Below, in pieces: positions 21,796 to 22,515 of a stretch of 22,515 nucleotides of DNA (position 1 is its first letter; every line of letters starts with the position of its first letter). Made by a program: the position numbers and the translations under genes. This DNA is from Rotaria socialis (taxonomy: Eukaryota). The DNA lies in the NCBI GenBank assembly GCA_905331295.1, contig CAJNYD010000117.1, positions 248,001 through 270,515 of the forward strand. Reading direction: 5' to 3'. The notes under the pieces are model-generated. The model was not told where the DNA came from. It searched no databases and saw nothing but the letters and a program-made list of their open reading frames with translations.

Positions 21796-22105
21796 CACTG
21801 TAAAAAAAAAGGTAGAATAATAAACCCTTTAAGGGTTTATGAGAGGGTATTTGATTTTTATATACCCTTTCATAAACTATTAGAAGGGTTTATAAAAAAA
21901 AGTATTTGAATTTAATAAACCCTAAAAGGGTTTAGTCTACGTTGCACTTTCATAAACCCTTATAAGGGTATTTGATTTTCATAATACCATTTCATAAACC
22001 CTTAGAAGGGCTTATGAGAGGGCATTTGATTTTTATATACGCTTTCATAAACCCTTCCAAAGGGTTTATTACTTTTGTCCCATACCCCAAAAGGGTTTAT
22101 TACTT
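21796..22105. mobile_element. CACTGT-ended element fragment with an array of TAAACCCT-N-AGGGTTTA hairpins
   Basis: ta|cactgtaaaaaaaaagg start, then seven hairpin motifs. About 52-nt units at 21821 and 21995 are near-identical. No matching right terminus seen. Confidence 0.65.
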
Positions 22106-22515
22106 ATATCTACCAGATTAAAATTAAGGTTTTGGAACTTACTGCGTTGTCCAAGGTTCTATCATGAGATGAATTGGTTGATAGTCCAAGATGTTATCCA
22201 TTCGGCCAGTCGTATGATATCAAGATGAAGTAAGAAATGCTACTTAAATCAAACAAAATTTTATAGGAAACTGAAGATGATATAAAGTTAAGCGGAACAA
22301 TTGTTATTACATTTTTAATTTTCATGAAAAAAATTCAAATATTTTGTATTTAAAAAATTATTTCTTTGGAAATGAAAATTATTTTTTTAAATATTTAAGT
22401 AAATTAGGAAAATTTGTTTTAGAAATATATTTCCTCAAAAAGAATTTTAAAAAGATTTAATACGGCGTTTTTAAGAAATTTAAGATGTTTTAACGTCTTA
22501 CAACATGAAAGCGTC

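Noticed and set aside
21821..22100. CRISPR-like palindromic repeat-spacer array
   Set aside because: Repeats are degenerate, spacers vary in length and are homologous to each other, there are no cas genes, and the context is eukaryotic.

Overview
AT-rich eukaryotic genomic DNA with short GT-AG introns and many small inverted-repeat elements. The overall style (short introns, bacterial-like domains carrying introns, TGTGGG/TGAGGG repeats) suggests a bdelloid rotifer; this is an inference. Two spliced genes can be reconstructed by hand, and the ORF track misses or truncates both. (1) A 3-exon, 90-aa membrane microprotein on + (7275-7659) consisting of a hydrophobic leader and a standalone PLDc_N (cardiolipin synthase N-terminal-like) domain. 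(2) A 3-exon, about 348-aa type II membrane or secreted glycoprotein on - (17764-11448): signal anchor, PPC-like beta-sandwich, Thr-rich linker, then a galactose-binding/CBM-like domain that appears circularly permuted relative to the bacterial PEP-CTERM-associated form. The rest is non-autonomous mobile DNA: three Helentron/HINE-like copies, about ten MITE/foldback elements (several nested), two tRNA-derived elements, telomere-like hexamers and a possible decayed secreted-protein pseudogene. I saw no transposase, CRISPR array or prokaryotic operon, and no clear-cut novel multi-gene system.
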